A stretch of DNA of 64,000 nucleotides, from positions 372,001 through 436,000 of the forward strand of contig CM075989.1 in the NCBI GenBank assembly GCA_038087875.1, written 5' to 3'. This document shows, piece by piece, positions 13,801 to 23,400 of the stretch. Source of the stretch: Malacoraja senta (lineage: Eukaryota). The position numbers and the translations under genes are program-made. The number at the start of each line of letters is the position of its first letter. Positions within the stretch are counted from its first letter, which is position 1. Below the pieces are notes generated by a model. That model was given only the letters and a program-made list of their open reading frames with translations. It was not told the origin of the DNA and searched no databases.

Positions 13801-15000
13801 CAATGGGAAAGTTTAGGAATTAAAAGGATCGGGGATATGTATGAAATGGGAGATTTATTATCATTTCAACAATTACAATTAAAATTTAAACTGAAAAACA
13901 CTCATTATTTTAAATATTTTCAGATTTGTAATTTTTTGAAGACATACATACAGGGATATCAAAAAATAACTCCTGATTTACTAGAAGAAGTAATGAATAT
14001 AAAAGCTGATACACAAAAATTAATAGCATATTTATATAATAGTATCTTAAATATAGATTTACCTGTGACCGAGGTAATTAGAGAAGAGTGGGAACGGGAA
14101 TTATTGATAAAAATTACGAAGGCTACATGGGAAAAGTATTTGACATACATTCACAAGTGTTCGATTAACGCAAGACATAATCTAATCCAATTTAAAATTT
14201 TACATAGATTATATTACTCAAAAACAAGATTAAATAAATTTTATCCAAATATATCGCCCATTTGCGATAAATGTTTAATCCAAGAAGCAACTATAACACA
14301 CTCTTTTGTTTCTTGTATAAAACTTCATGGATTTTGGAGTGATATTTTCGAAATATTTACAAAATTATTTAAGACAAAAATGGAACCCAATAATGAATTG
14401 ATTATATTTGGGGTAATGGAAGACGGGAACAAATTGAGCTCATCTCAAAAGTCAATTTTTAATTATGGTTTAATAATAGCAAAAAAATTAATATTGAAAT
14501 TTTGGAAAAATACACCAATACCAACGCTCAAAATGTGGATTGCAAGTATGTTGGATACCGCACATCTTGAGGAAATGCGATTCCTCCTAATAGATAAATT
14601 TGACCAATTCATAACGAGTTGGTCTCCATTTGTCGTCTTTTTGGAAACGTATGGTGCAAAACAGGTGTAAAAGCTAATCCGTGACTGCGGATGGTCAAGA
14701 TTATAAATGATCTCCTTCTATTTTCTTTTCTTCTTTTCTTTTCATTTATTCTCTTTCTTCTATTTTCTATGTCTCAACTTTCTTATTTCATTCTTTATTT
14801 TTCTTTTTCACACACTATATATCTCACATTTTTCTATTTTTCATTATCTAACTTTTTTCTTTTTCTTCTTTATTTCAAAAAAATTTAAAAATAAGAAGCT
14901 GTACATAAAAGGTATTATGAAAATATGATTGTATACAATTGTACTTACTTCTAATAAAATAAAAATATTAAAAAAATATTTAAAAAAAGAAGAAAAAAAA
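10874..15000 (+). mobile_element. L1-clade LINE, ORF2 nearly complete, ORF1 absent, with 3' UTR and A-rich tail
   Basis: EN motifs (SWNIRG, LQETH, NIYAPN, GGDFN, SRIDY, SDH), 881-aa RT ORF (DAEKAFD, RQGCALSP, YADD, CDKC...HSFVSC), AATAAA and A-tail ~14953-15000. Lesions: +1 near 10970, in-frame TAG 11709-11711, indel near 11860. Confidence 0.95.
12025..14670 (+). CDS. L1 ORF2 reverse transcriptase/C-terminal segment (881 aa uninterrupted)
   Basis: ORF track; canonical non-LTR RT motifs. Confidence 0.9.
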   Translation: MKKQEKENTINKIKSENGELLTLPKDINKRFVQFYQNLYTSKTKTEDSKITNFLDKCNLPKLDLLEQEELGAQITIEEIGETIKLLKNGKTPGPDGFSNEFYKKFHEITPPYLFNLYTHVFKENKLPETLAESTITLIPKKDKDLEEPGSYRAISLLNTNQKILAKTLARRLSKYISKLINPDQTGFIPKRYSFNNLRRLFNIMYSHKKEEKDLAIISLDAEKAFDQVEWQYLYIVLQKFNMGENFIAWVKLLYDKPMARILTNNMLSQKFQLSRGNRQGCALSPLLFALMIEPLAESIRSHPNIQGYNTRDSNNKISLYADDILLYITNSQTSIPNLLNLIEEFGSFSGYRINWNKSEIMTLKPQESTHLLKFPFKIATEKFKYLGIQITRKHKALFNANFIPLINKLNIIIKFWKTLPLSLIGRINAIKMSFLPQLLYLFQSIPVYVPKYFFPKLNANITNFVWDYKSHRIKKEHLCKPKDVGGLSLPNFLYYYWAIHIKNIIYWLDSSTQQTEWIKMEKEDCYPCNIGTILFSPKKMNNTIYKKNPIIQDTIRIWKQIKLSLKLRNLSLLTPIANNPLFKPSMMDKIYNQWESLGIKRIGDMYEMGDLLSFQQLQLKFKLKNTHYFKYFQICNFLKTYIQGYQKITPDLLEEVMNIKADTQKLIAYLYNSILNIDLPVTEVIREEWERELLIKITKATWEKYLTYIHKCSINARHNLIQFKILHRLYYSKTRLNKFYPNISPICDKCLIQEATITHSFVSCIKLHGFWSDIFEIFTKLFKTKMEPNNELIIFGVMEDGNKLSSSQKSIFNYGLIIAKKLILKFWKNTPIPTLKMWIASMLDTAHLEEMRFLLIDKFDQFITSWSPFVVFLETYGAKQV

Positions 15001-16492
15001 AGGAAGGCAGCATCTATCATCAAGAATCCCCATCATCATGTCTACTTCTTGCTGTTACCCTTGGGCAGGATGTACAGAAGCCTGAGGTCCCACTACACTT
15101 ACCCTGATTACATGTTTAAGAACATCTTTCCTTTAATCATGAGGTTCTTGAACTAAACCTAATCCTACCTCAGCAATGGAATACTATGGACCACCTCTTG
15201 CACTACCATGAACCATTTTTGCTCCAATGTCAGAGATCAAGAGAGCATGCAAACATTCAGATATATATTTATTTATCCAGATAATTAATTAAAGTGCTTT
15301 GCTGTTAACAATTTGTAATAAGAATGATAATTGAAGAGAGAATGGGTTTATGTTAACTGGAATTTAGAAGAATGAGAGAGAACCTAATTGAAACTATAAA
15401 ATTCCAATGATATTGAACAGATCAGATGCAGGAAGGACGTTTGTGATGGTGGGTAGTCCAGAACCAGGAGTCATAGTCTCAGGATATAGGATAGGCCATT
15501 TCAGACTGTGGTGTAGAGACATTTCTTCACCATACGATTGCTGAACCTATGATGTGGTCTACCACAGAAGACAGTTGAGCTAAAATCATTATATATGCAC
15601 AAGATGGAGTTTGATTTTTTAATGGAGACACAAGAAACTGAAGATACTGAAAACTGAAGCAATAAAAATGTGCTGAAATAGCTCAGCGGGTCAGGCAGCA
15701 TCTCTGGAGGGAATGGACAGTCAATGTTTTGGGTCGGGACCCATCTTCAGACTGATGGATTCGGCGGGAAAAAGAAAGCTGGGTTGGGACAAGGGATAGG
15801 TGGGCACGTGAGGGTGGAGATTGGCAGATGTGGTGGAGTAAGTCACAAAGGGTGAGAGTGAAATGGAGACAAAAGGGTGTCAGATAAGGAGAGGAGGAGG
15901 AGTGAAATGTCAAGCCAGAGGGAGGGATATTGGTGGAAGAGGCAAGAGGGGATAAAAGGGAAATATGAATGAATGAATGAATGAATGAATGAATGAATAG
16001 TTTATTTCGGTCATACGTTAAAAAGAACAAAACTTTACAATCTGTGTGAATATGAACCAACACTGTATCCATTTCACACAACGTTCACATAATCAATGAC
16101 CGAAAAAGGAATAGGCTGAAGCCACAAAGCTTATTTTTGCTTATCCTATACAATCCATAAAATTAGATAACCCAGAATATCAGCATTACAAAGGAAATAA
16201 AAAATTAAAATTTACTCTAAATTGTAATCCTTACTTATTTTACATTTTAATCATTTTACTTTATAATCCTTAATTATTTTACATTTTAAGGCTTTTTTGA
16301 AACTCGACAGAGCTACAAAATTTCAACATCACTAAGCCCTTTCCATAATTTGACTCCCAAAACTGAGACACATCTATATTTTACATTAGTTCTCACTTTA
16401 CATGTTTAAAAAATACACAACCCTCTTGAATTATGATGTCCCTCTCTTAATTAAAAACAATTTTGAATACTAACAGGAAGGCATATATTCCT
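15001..16492 (+). repeat. Direct repeat copy 2 (1,492 bp)
   Basis: Begins AGGAAGGCAGCATC immediately after the L1 A-tail and ends GCATATATTCCT, as copy 1 does. Confidence 0.97.
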
Positions 16493-16700
16493 AACTCGGA
16501 AAAGTATTTCTACTGTCTATACATGCACAATATCCAAACATTTTAAGGTACTGGACCATGAATAATGGATTTGTAGTTTCACGGTAAGAAGCGTTATGTA
16601 TTATTCTAATAGCTCTTTTCTGGAGTTTAATGATAGGGTCTATATTTGTTTGATATACATTTCCACAAACTTCAACACAATATGACATATATGGGACACA
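15965..16700 (-). mobile_element. L2/Crack/Daphne-like LINE 3' fragment with (ATTC)n tail; partial copy at ~10346-10873
   Basis: SYCVEVCGNVYQTNIDPIIKLQKRAIRII...TNPLF is typical of the RT C-terminus of this group. (GAAT)n on the plus strand is preceded on the minus strand by ATAAAC. Confidence 0.7.
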
Positions 16701-16839
16701 GGAATGGGAGATGTGTGTGTGGAGATCCTGGGGATTGATTTGTGCCGCTAATTCGTGTGAATTCTCTGAAGATGTTGGAACTCCAACCAGTCCTCTCCTG
16801 TGCCATTCCCAGAACGTGCTTTTCCTGTTCTTGATCCAA

Positions 16840-16944
16840 TTATACATTTGCATATATGGAATCTTCCACCAGGCAGTTTGCATAAATATCTTCATGACGT
16901 TGATTCATGTTCAGCGTGGTTTTGGGGTCTTTCAGACCTTAGTC
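16840..16944 (-). CDS. Terminal cytoplasmic exon of Siglec-like locus: D*GLKDPKTTLNMNQRHEDIYANCLVEDSIYANV*
   Basis: Acceptor tttccattcctgtcacag (AG at 16945-16946). SIYANV fits the ITIM consensus S/I/V/LxYxxI/V/L. In-frame TAA at 16939-16941. Confidence 0.72.
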
Positions 16945-17033
16945 CTGTGACAGGAATGGAAATAGACAGAGTGACAAATGGCAGCACTGGCAATTGCTAT
17001 GTACGGGTCTGGAGAATACTCCACCCACAATAG

Positions 17034-17340
17034 GCGGCACCGTGGCGCAGCGGTAGAGTTGCTGCTTTACAACGCTAGAGTCCCAGGTTCAATCCTGAGT
17101 GTGCATGTTGTCTACGGAGTTTGTGCATTCTCCCCGTGACCTTTGTGGGTTTTCTCCAAGTGCTCATGTTTCCTCCCACGCTCCAATGTCGTACAGGTTT
17201 GCAGGTTAAATGGCTTCTATAAATTGTCCCTAGTGCGCAGGACAGTGCTAGTATATGGGTAATCGCTGGTAGGCACAGACTCGGTGGGCCAAAGGGTCTG
17301 TTTCTGCGCTGTATCTCTAAACTAAATTAAACTAAACTAA
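17034..17340 (+). mobile_element. tRNA-derived SINE (HE1/V-SINE-like)
   Basis: A box TGGCGCAGCGG 17043-17053, B box GGTTCAATCC 17086-17095, central GGAGTTTGTGCATTCTCCCCGTGAC domain, and (CTAAA)n-type tail. Confidence 0.85.
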
Positions 17341-17601
17341 ATAAATGCCGATAATCATTGATCAATAGTGGGTTTGATTTTATGATTTCAGTCTCAGGGT
17401 GACAGGTGGGATCACAGGGGAGTACACTCCCACCTCTCCGAGAGGTGGTTCTGGGTTGAAGACCCTCCAGCTGTGTCTTTAACACAGAAACCAAGGCAGA
17501 CACTCGCAGGCAGTACTGAGAGACCGGCTGTGTAGTGGGGCATTGCTGAGGGAATGTCACACGGCTGGAGGTGCTGCAGATTCCAAGCTGTGTTTGGAAA
17601 T

Positions 17602-17740
17602 CGAAGATCTCGGAGAAAACCCACATAGTCACGGGGAGAACATACAAACTCCACACAGACAGCAACCGTAGTCAGGATCGAACCCGGGTCTTTGGTGCTG
17701 CAAGCGCTGTAAGGCAGCAACTGCTGCGCCCCCGTGGCCA
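17602..17740 (-). mobile_element. Partial tRNA-derived SINE (same type, opposite strand)
   Basis: Minus strand GGTTCGATCC B box and GGAGTTTGTATGTTCTCCCCGTGAC. Confidence 0.75.
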
Positions 17741-17840
17741 CTGGAGTTGTGTCTGGAAAAGTGGAGCGGTGTTATACCAGTGTCCACCTTGCTTTAATCT
17801 CAGTGACCTGTGTTTGTCCAGTGAGAAAGGAATACAGTAA

Positions 17841-18405
17841 AGGGCCTGTCCCACTTACATGTCCTTTGCATGCAAATTACACGACCTCATGGTCTCGTTG
17901 ATGCGCAGGGGCATCGTATGAACGCGCGGGGCCAGTGCAACTGAGAAGTGCGGAAGGGTATGTAGTTGTGCACGACATCGCGTGGGGCTCCGAAATTTTT
18001 GTAGCAAACAAAATCTTCGCGCGCCAACGGCCTTTCGCGGAACATCGCCAAACTCGGCCTGGGGCTCACGGCTCCGCCCCCACTTCTACTCCCAGAGCGG
18101 GGCCAAGAAAATTGAAGATAGGCACAAAATACTGGAGTAACTCAGCGGGACCGGCAGCATCTCTGGAGAGAAGCAATGTGTGATGTTTCGGGTCAAGACC
18201 TTTCTTTCAGACTGAAGAACGGTCTCAACATGAAACATCATCCATTCCTTCTCTCGAGAGATGCTGCCAGTCCCGCTGAGTTATTCCAGCATTTTGCGTC
18301 CATCTTCAAATGATGTCACACGCTCCAGACATCTGTGCGGTTGAATGAAGTCGCGACCACGAGGTATGTAATTAGCGTGCCAAGGACACGTAAGTGACAG
18401 GCCCT
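17841..18405. mobile_element. Non-autonomous PIF/Harbinger-like DNA transposon with a nested ~200-bp palindromic element (~18112-18308)
   Basis: TIRs AGGGCCTGTC(CC)ACTTAC / GTAAGTGACAGGCCCT, flanked by TAA at 17838-17840 and 18406-18408. Confidence 0.75.
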
Positions 18406-18440
18406 TAACTGTGACAGGCATCACTCAGGATGGTTATTAC

Positions 18441-18485
18441 CTGGGCTGTTTCAGACCGTGTGTGGTGCATTTTATAACGTTCCTC
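18441..18485 (-). CDS. 3' half of split cytoplasmic exon (EERYKMHHTRSETAQ)
   Basis: Ends CAG|GTAATA donor (GT at 18439-18440), phase 0; directly abuts the CR1 5' end. Confidence 0.55.
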
Positions 18486-19341
18486 CTGAGTGGACAAATG
18501 CATGGCAGATGCAGTATAATGTGGATAAATGTGAGGTTATCCACTTTGGTGGCAAAAACAGGAAAGTAGACTATTATCTGAATGGTGGCCGATTAGGAAA
18601 AGGGGAGATGCTTTCGAGACCTGGGTGTCATGGTACACCAGTCATTGAAAGTAGGCATGCAGGTGCAGCGGGCAGTGAAGAAAGCGAATGGTATGTTAGC
18701 ATTCATAGCAAAAGGATTTGAGTAATCGAGCAGGGAGGTTCTACTGCAGTTTTACAGGGTCTTGGTGAGACCACACCTGGAGTATTGCGTACAGTTTTGG
18801 ACTCCTAATCTGAGGAAAGACATTCTTGCCATAGAGGGAGTACAGAGAAGGTTCACCAGACTGATTCCTGGGATGTCAGGACTTTCATATGAAGAAAGAC
18901 TGGATACACTTGGCTTGTACTCGCTAGAATTTAGAAGATTGAGGGGAGATCTTATAGAAACTTACAAAATTCTTAAGGGGTTGGACAGGCTAGATGCAGG
19001 AAGATTGTTCCCGATGTTGAGGAAGTCCAAACAAGGGGTCACAGTTTAAGGATAAGGGGGAAATCTTTTAGGACCGAGATGAGAAAAACATTTTTCACAC
19101 AGAGAGTGGTGAGTCTGTGGAATTCTCTGCCACAGAAGGTGGTTGAGGCCAGTTCATTGGCTATATTTAAGAGGGAATTAGATGTGGCCCTTGTGGCTAA
19201 AGGTATCAGGGGGTATGGAGAGAAGGCAGGTACAGGATACTGAGTTGGATGATCAGCCATGATCATATTGAATGGCGGTGCAGGCTCGAAGGGCCGAATG
19301 GCCTAATCCTGCACCTATTTTCTATGTTTCTATGTTTCTAT
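18486..19341 (+). mobile_element. CR1 3' fragment with (TTTCTATG)n tail, inserted in a putative exon
   Basis: [38 protein letters not shown]; tail at ~19318-19341. Confidence 0.92.
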
Positions 19342-19411
19342 CTGTCTTTCTCTCATCTGCACGGTTCCAGATTCCTCCCTTGTCACTGTTCTCGATGCAT
19401 CCACTGGAGGT
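19342..19411 (-). CDS. 5' half of split cytoplasmic exon
   Basis: Acceptor ttaattctgctcttag (AG at 19412-19413); open reading frame up to the CR1 tail. Confidence 0.5.
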
Positions 19412-19965
19412 CTAAGAGCAGAATTAAAGGCTTTGTTAACCCACAGTATTAGAAATGTTCCTTGTCGAGGAGAAAATTATTGACTATATATGCATTTGCG
19501 TTATTTTGTTAAAGGGCCTGTAAAGCTGCAGCAGATAAGCCTTTCACTGCTGGTACATGTGGTAATTAAACACTCTTGAATGCACAACCTGCACAACCCT
19601 CATCCTACCTCAACAACAGAACACTACGGACCACCTCATGCAAGACCATGGAACAGTTTTATTTTATTTTGTTTTTGCAATGATATATTATTTTTGCATG
19701 TTGAAGAAAGAAACTGCAGATGCTGGAAAAATCAAAGGTAGACAAAAATGCTGGAGGAATTCAGCGGGTGAGGCAGCATTTATGGAGATATTTTCTAGTC
19801 AAATATTGTAAGTATAATTTGTTTTTGTAAGTTTGTCTATTATGTTGCAAGCAAGATTTTTAATTGTCCCTGTGTCTCTGTATGAAAATAAACGTGAAGG
19901 ACCTGAACGGCTGGAATTGGGTTGGAGGGATGGAGGGGATCTCAGGGACGGGGACAACCACCCAC

Positions 19966-20063
19966 CTGTCTGTTCTTCATGTAGCGAATCACAGCAAATG
20001 GGATGATCAGGAACACAACCCCTGCTGCAGCAGCCAATGGGATGTATGGTAACCTCTGCCCAT
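19966..20063 (-). CDS. Transmembrane exon: (Y)GQRLPYIPLAAAAGVVFLIIPFAVIRYMKNRQ
   Basis: Acceptor ttcctgcaacag, donor CAG|GTGGGT. Hydrophobic stretch followed by basic residues; phase-1 start matches the preceding C2 exon. Confidence 0.75.
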
Positions 20064-20499
20064 CTGTTGCAGGAACTGAGGCCAAAGAGATGGTTATTAG
20101 TGACGGTGTTCACAGTTTCATTAACTTGCTTTCACAAAGACCCACCTCTCGTCCACAGTAGCCTTCAGCAACCCACTGTGTTTAAATGTACACAGGTGCA
20201 GCAGTTGTTGAAAAGAGAAAAATAACCAATTTCAGAATATAGTGTTTCAGTTAAAGCATTAAAGTTCTAGAGAAAACATTGTTGGCCAGTGTGGGCAAGT
20301 TGGGCCGAAGGGCCTGTTTCCACACTGTATCACCCTATGACTGACTCTAAGCAATGTCTGTAATCATTCTCACCTAGCACACAGCTAACAATGGCCTGTT
20401 TTCTTTATTATCGTTACTTTTTTGTATATCTTTCATTAATTTGTTCTGTGCATTCTATAACCACTGCTATCAGTGGCAGCAATGAAACATAGAGCCACA

Positions 20500-23400
20500 G
20501 ACTAATTGATTGATACAGTGTGGAAACAAGTCCTTCGGCCGAACATGTCCCAGCTACACTAGTCCCACCTGCCTGCTTTTGGTCCATATCCCTCCAAACT
20601 TGTCCTATCCATGTACCTGTCTAACTCTTTCTTAAATGTTGGGATAGTACCAGCTGCATTACCTTCTCTGGCAGCTTGTTCCACACACACACCACCCTCT
20701 GTATGAAAACGCTACCCCTCAGGTTTCTATTAAATCCTTTCCCCTTCACCTTAAACATATGTCCTCTGGTCCTCGATTCACCTTCTCTGGATAAGAGAAT
20801 TTATACATCTACCCGATCTATTTCTCTCGTGATTTTATATACCTCTATAAGATCACGCCTCATCCTCCTGCTCTCCAGGGAATAGTCCCGGCCTCCTCAA
20901 CCTCTCCCTATAGCTCACACCCTCTAGTCCTGGCAACATCCTTGTAAATCTTCTCTGTACCCTTTCCAGCTTGACAACATCTTTTCTATAACATGGTGCC
21001 CTGAACAGAACACAATACTCTAAATACAGTCTCACCGACGTCTTATAAAACTGCAACATGACCAGCTTCTATACTCAATACTCTGACAATACTTTGACCA
21101 CCTTATTGACCTGCGTCTCAACCTTCAAGGAACCATGCACCTGCATTCCAATAACTCTCTGCTTTGCAACACTCCCCAGACCCACACTTAGGTCCTGCCC
21201 AAGTTAGACTTCCAAAATGCAACACAACATATTTTTCTGTATAAAATTCCATCTACCATTCCTCAGCCCACCTGACCAATCGATCCAGATCCTGCTGCAA
21301 TTTTTCAAAACCATCTTCACTATCTGCAAAACCACCAAACTTGCTAAGATTGCCATGTATGTTCTCATCCATATCATTGATGTGGATGACAAACAGTATA
21401 GGGCCCAGCACCAAACCCTGAGGTACACCACTAGTAACAGGCCTCCAGTCCGAGAAGCAACCTTCCGCCATCACCCTCTACTTCCTTCACTTAAGCCAAT
21501 TTTCCATCCCTTCAGCTATCTCTCTTTGGATCCCAGACGATCTAACATTCCAGAGCAGCCTACCATGCCGAACCTTGACGGATGCCTTGCTAAAGTCCAT
21601 ATAAACAACATCTGCAGCTCTACCCTCATCGACCTTTTAAGTCACGTCTTCAAAATACTCAATCAGATTTGTGAGACACGACCGCCCATGTACAAACCAA
21701 TACTGACTATCCCTAATCAGCCTTTGTCCATCCAAATACCTGTATATCCTATCCCTCAGAATACTCTTGAGTAACTTTCCAACGACAGATGTTAAGCTCA
21801 CTGGCCTATAGTTCCCAGCATTTTCCTGCAGCCCTTGTTGAATAGAGGCACAACATTTGCCACCCTCCAGTCTTCCGGCCCTTCTCCTGTATTTAAAGAT
21901 GACTAGTAAATTTCAGCCTGGGCTCTAGCAATTTCCTCGCTAGTTTCCCAATGTCCTCAGAAATATCTGATCAGGCCCAAGAGATTTGTCTACCTTCATA
22001 CACGACAGTTCCTTCAGCACCCCTTCGACCTTAATATAAACTGCTCTTAAGACACTTCACAGAAACATAGACATAGCAACATAGAAAATAGGTGCAGGAG
22101 GAGGCCACTCGGCCCTTCGAGCCAGCACCGCCATTCATTGTGATCATGGCTGATCGTCCCCTATCAATAACCCGTGCCTGCCTTCTCCCCATATCCCTTG
22201 ACTCCACTAGCCCTGAGAGCTCTATCTAACACCCTCTTAAATCCATCCAGTGATTTGGCCTCCACTGCTCTCTGTTGCAGGGAATTCCATACATTCACAA
22301 CCCTCTGGGTGAAAAAGGTTTTTCTCACCTCAGTCTTAAATGACCTCCCCTTTATTCTAAGACTGTGGCCCCTGGTTCTGGACTCGCCCAACATTGGGAA
22401 CATTTTTCCTGCATCTAGCTTGTCCAGTCCTTTTATAATTTTATATGTTTCTATAAGATCCCCCCTCATCCTTCTAAACTCCAGTGAATACAAGCCTAGT
22501 CTTTTCAATCTTTCCTCAGATGACAGTCCCGCCATCCCAGGGATCAATCTCGTGAACCTACGCTGCACTGCCTCAATCACAAGGATGGCCTTCCTCATTT
22601 TAGAAGACCAAAACTGTACACAATACTCCAGATGTGGTCTCACCAGAGCCCGATACAACTGCGGAAGTACCTCTTTACTCCTATACTGAAATCCTCTTGT
22701 TATGAAGGCCAACATTCCATTAGCTTTGTTCACTGCCTGCTGTACCTGTAAACCAACTTTCAGTGTTCGGTGTACAAGGACGCCCAGGTCTCGCTGCACC
22801 TCCCCCTTACCTAACCTAACCCCATTGAGATAATAATCTGCCCCCTTGTTTTTGCCGGCAAAGTGGATAACTTCACATGTATCTATATTATACTGCATCT
22901 GCCACGCCTCTGCCTACTCACTCAACCTGTCCAGGTCACACTGCAACCTCCTAACATCCTCTTCACAGTTCACACTGCCACCCAGCTTTGTGTCATCCGC
23001 AAACTTGCTAATGTTGCTCCTAATTCCTTCTTCCAAATCATTAATATATATGGTAAACAGTTGCGGCCCCAACACCGAGCCTTGCGGCACTCCACTCGCC
23101 ACTGCCTGCCATTCTGAACAGGACCCGTTCCACTCCTACACTTTGCTTCCAGTTTGCCAACGAATTTTCTACCCATGTCAACACCCTTCCCCCAATACCA
23201 TGTGCTCTAATTTTAGTCACCAGTCTCCCGTGCGGGACCTTATCAAAGGCTTTCTGAAAGTCTAGATACACTACATCCACTGGCACCCCTTCATCCATTT
23301 TACTTGTCTTATCCTCAAAATATTCCAGAAGATTAGTCAAGCATGATTTCCCTTTCATAAATCCATGTTGACTTGAACTAATCCTTTTACTGCTATCCAA

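Noticed and set aside
9382..16492. LTR retrotransposon interpretation of the 1.49-kb direct repeats
   Set aside because: The interior is a poly(A)-tailed L1. The repeats have no TG..CA ends, PBS or PPT and consist of unrelated older repeat fragments.
17034..17110. tRNA gene
   Set aside because: A/B boxes continue into a SINE body and tail; no convincing cloverleaf.
22174..22689. Recurrent antisense ORFs (MPAFSPYPL...)
   Set aside because: Shadow frames opposite CR1 ORF2, repeated with each copy.
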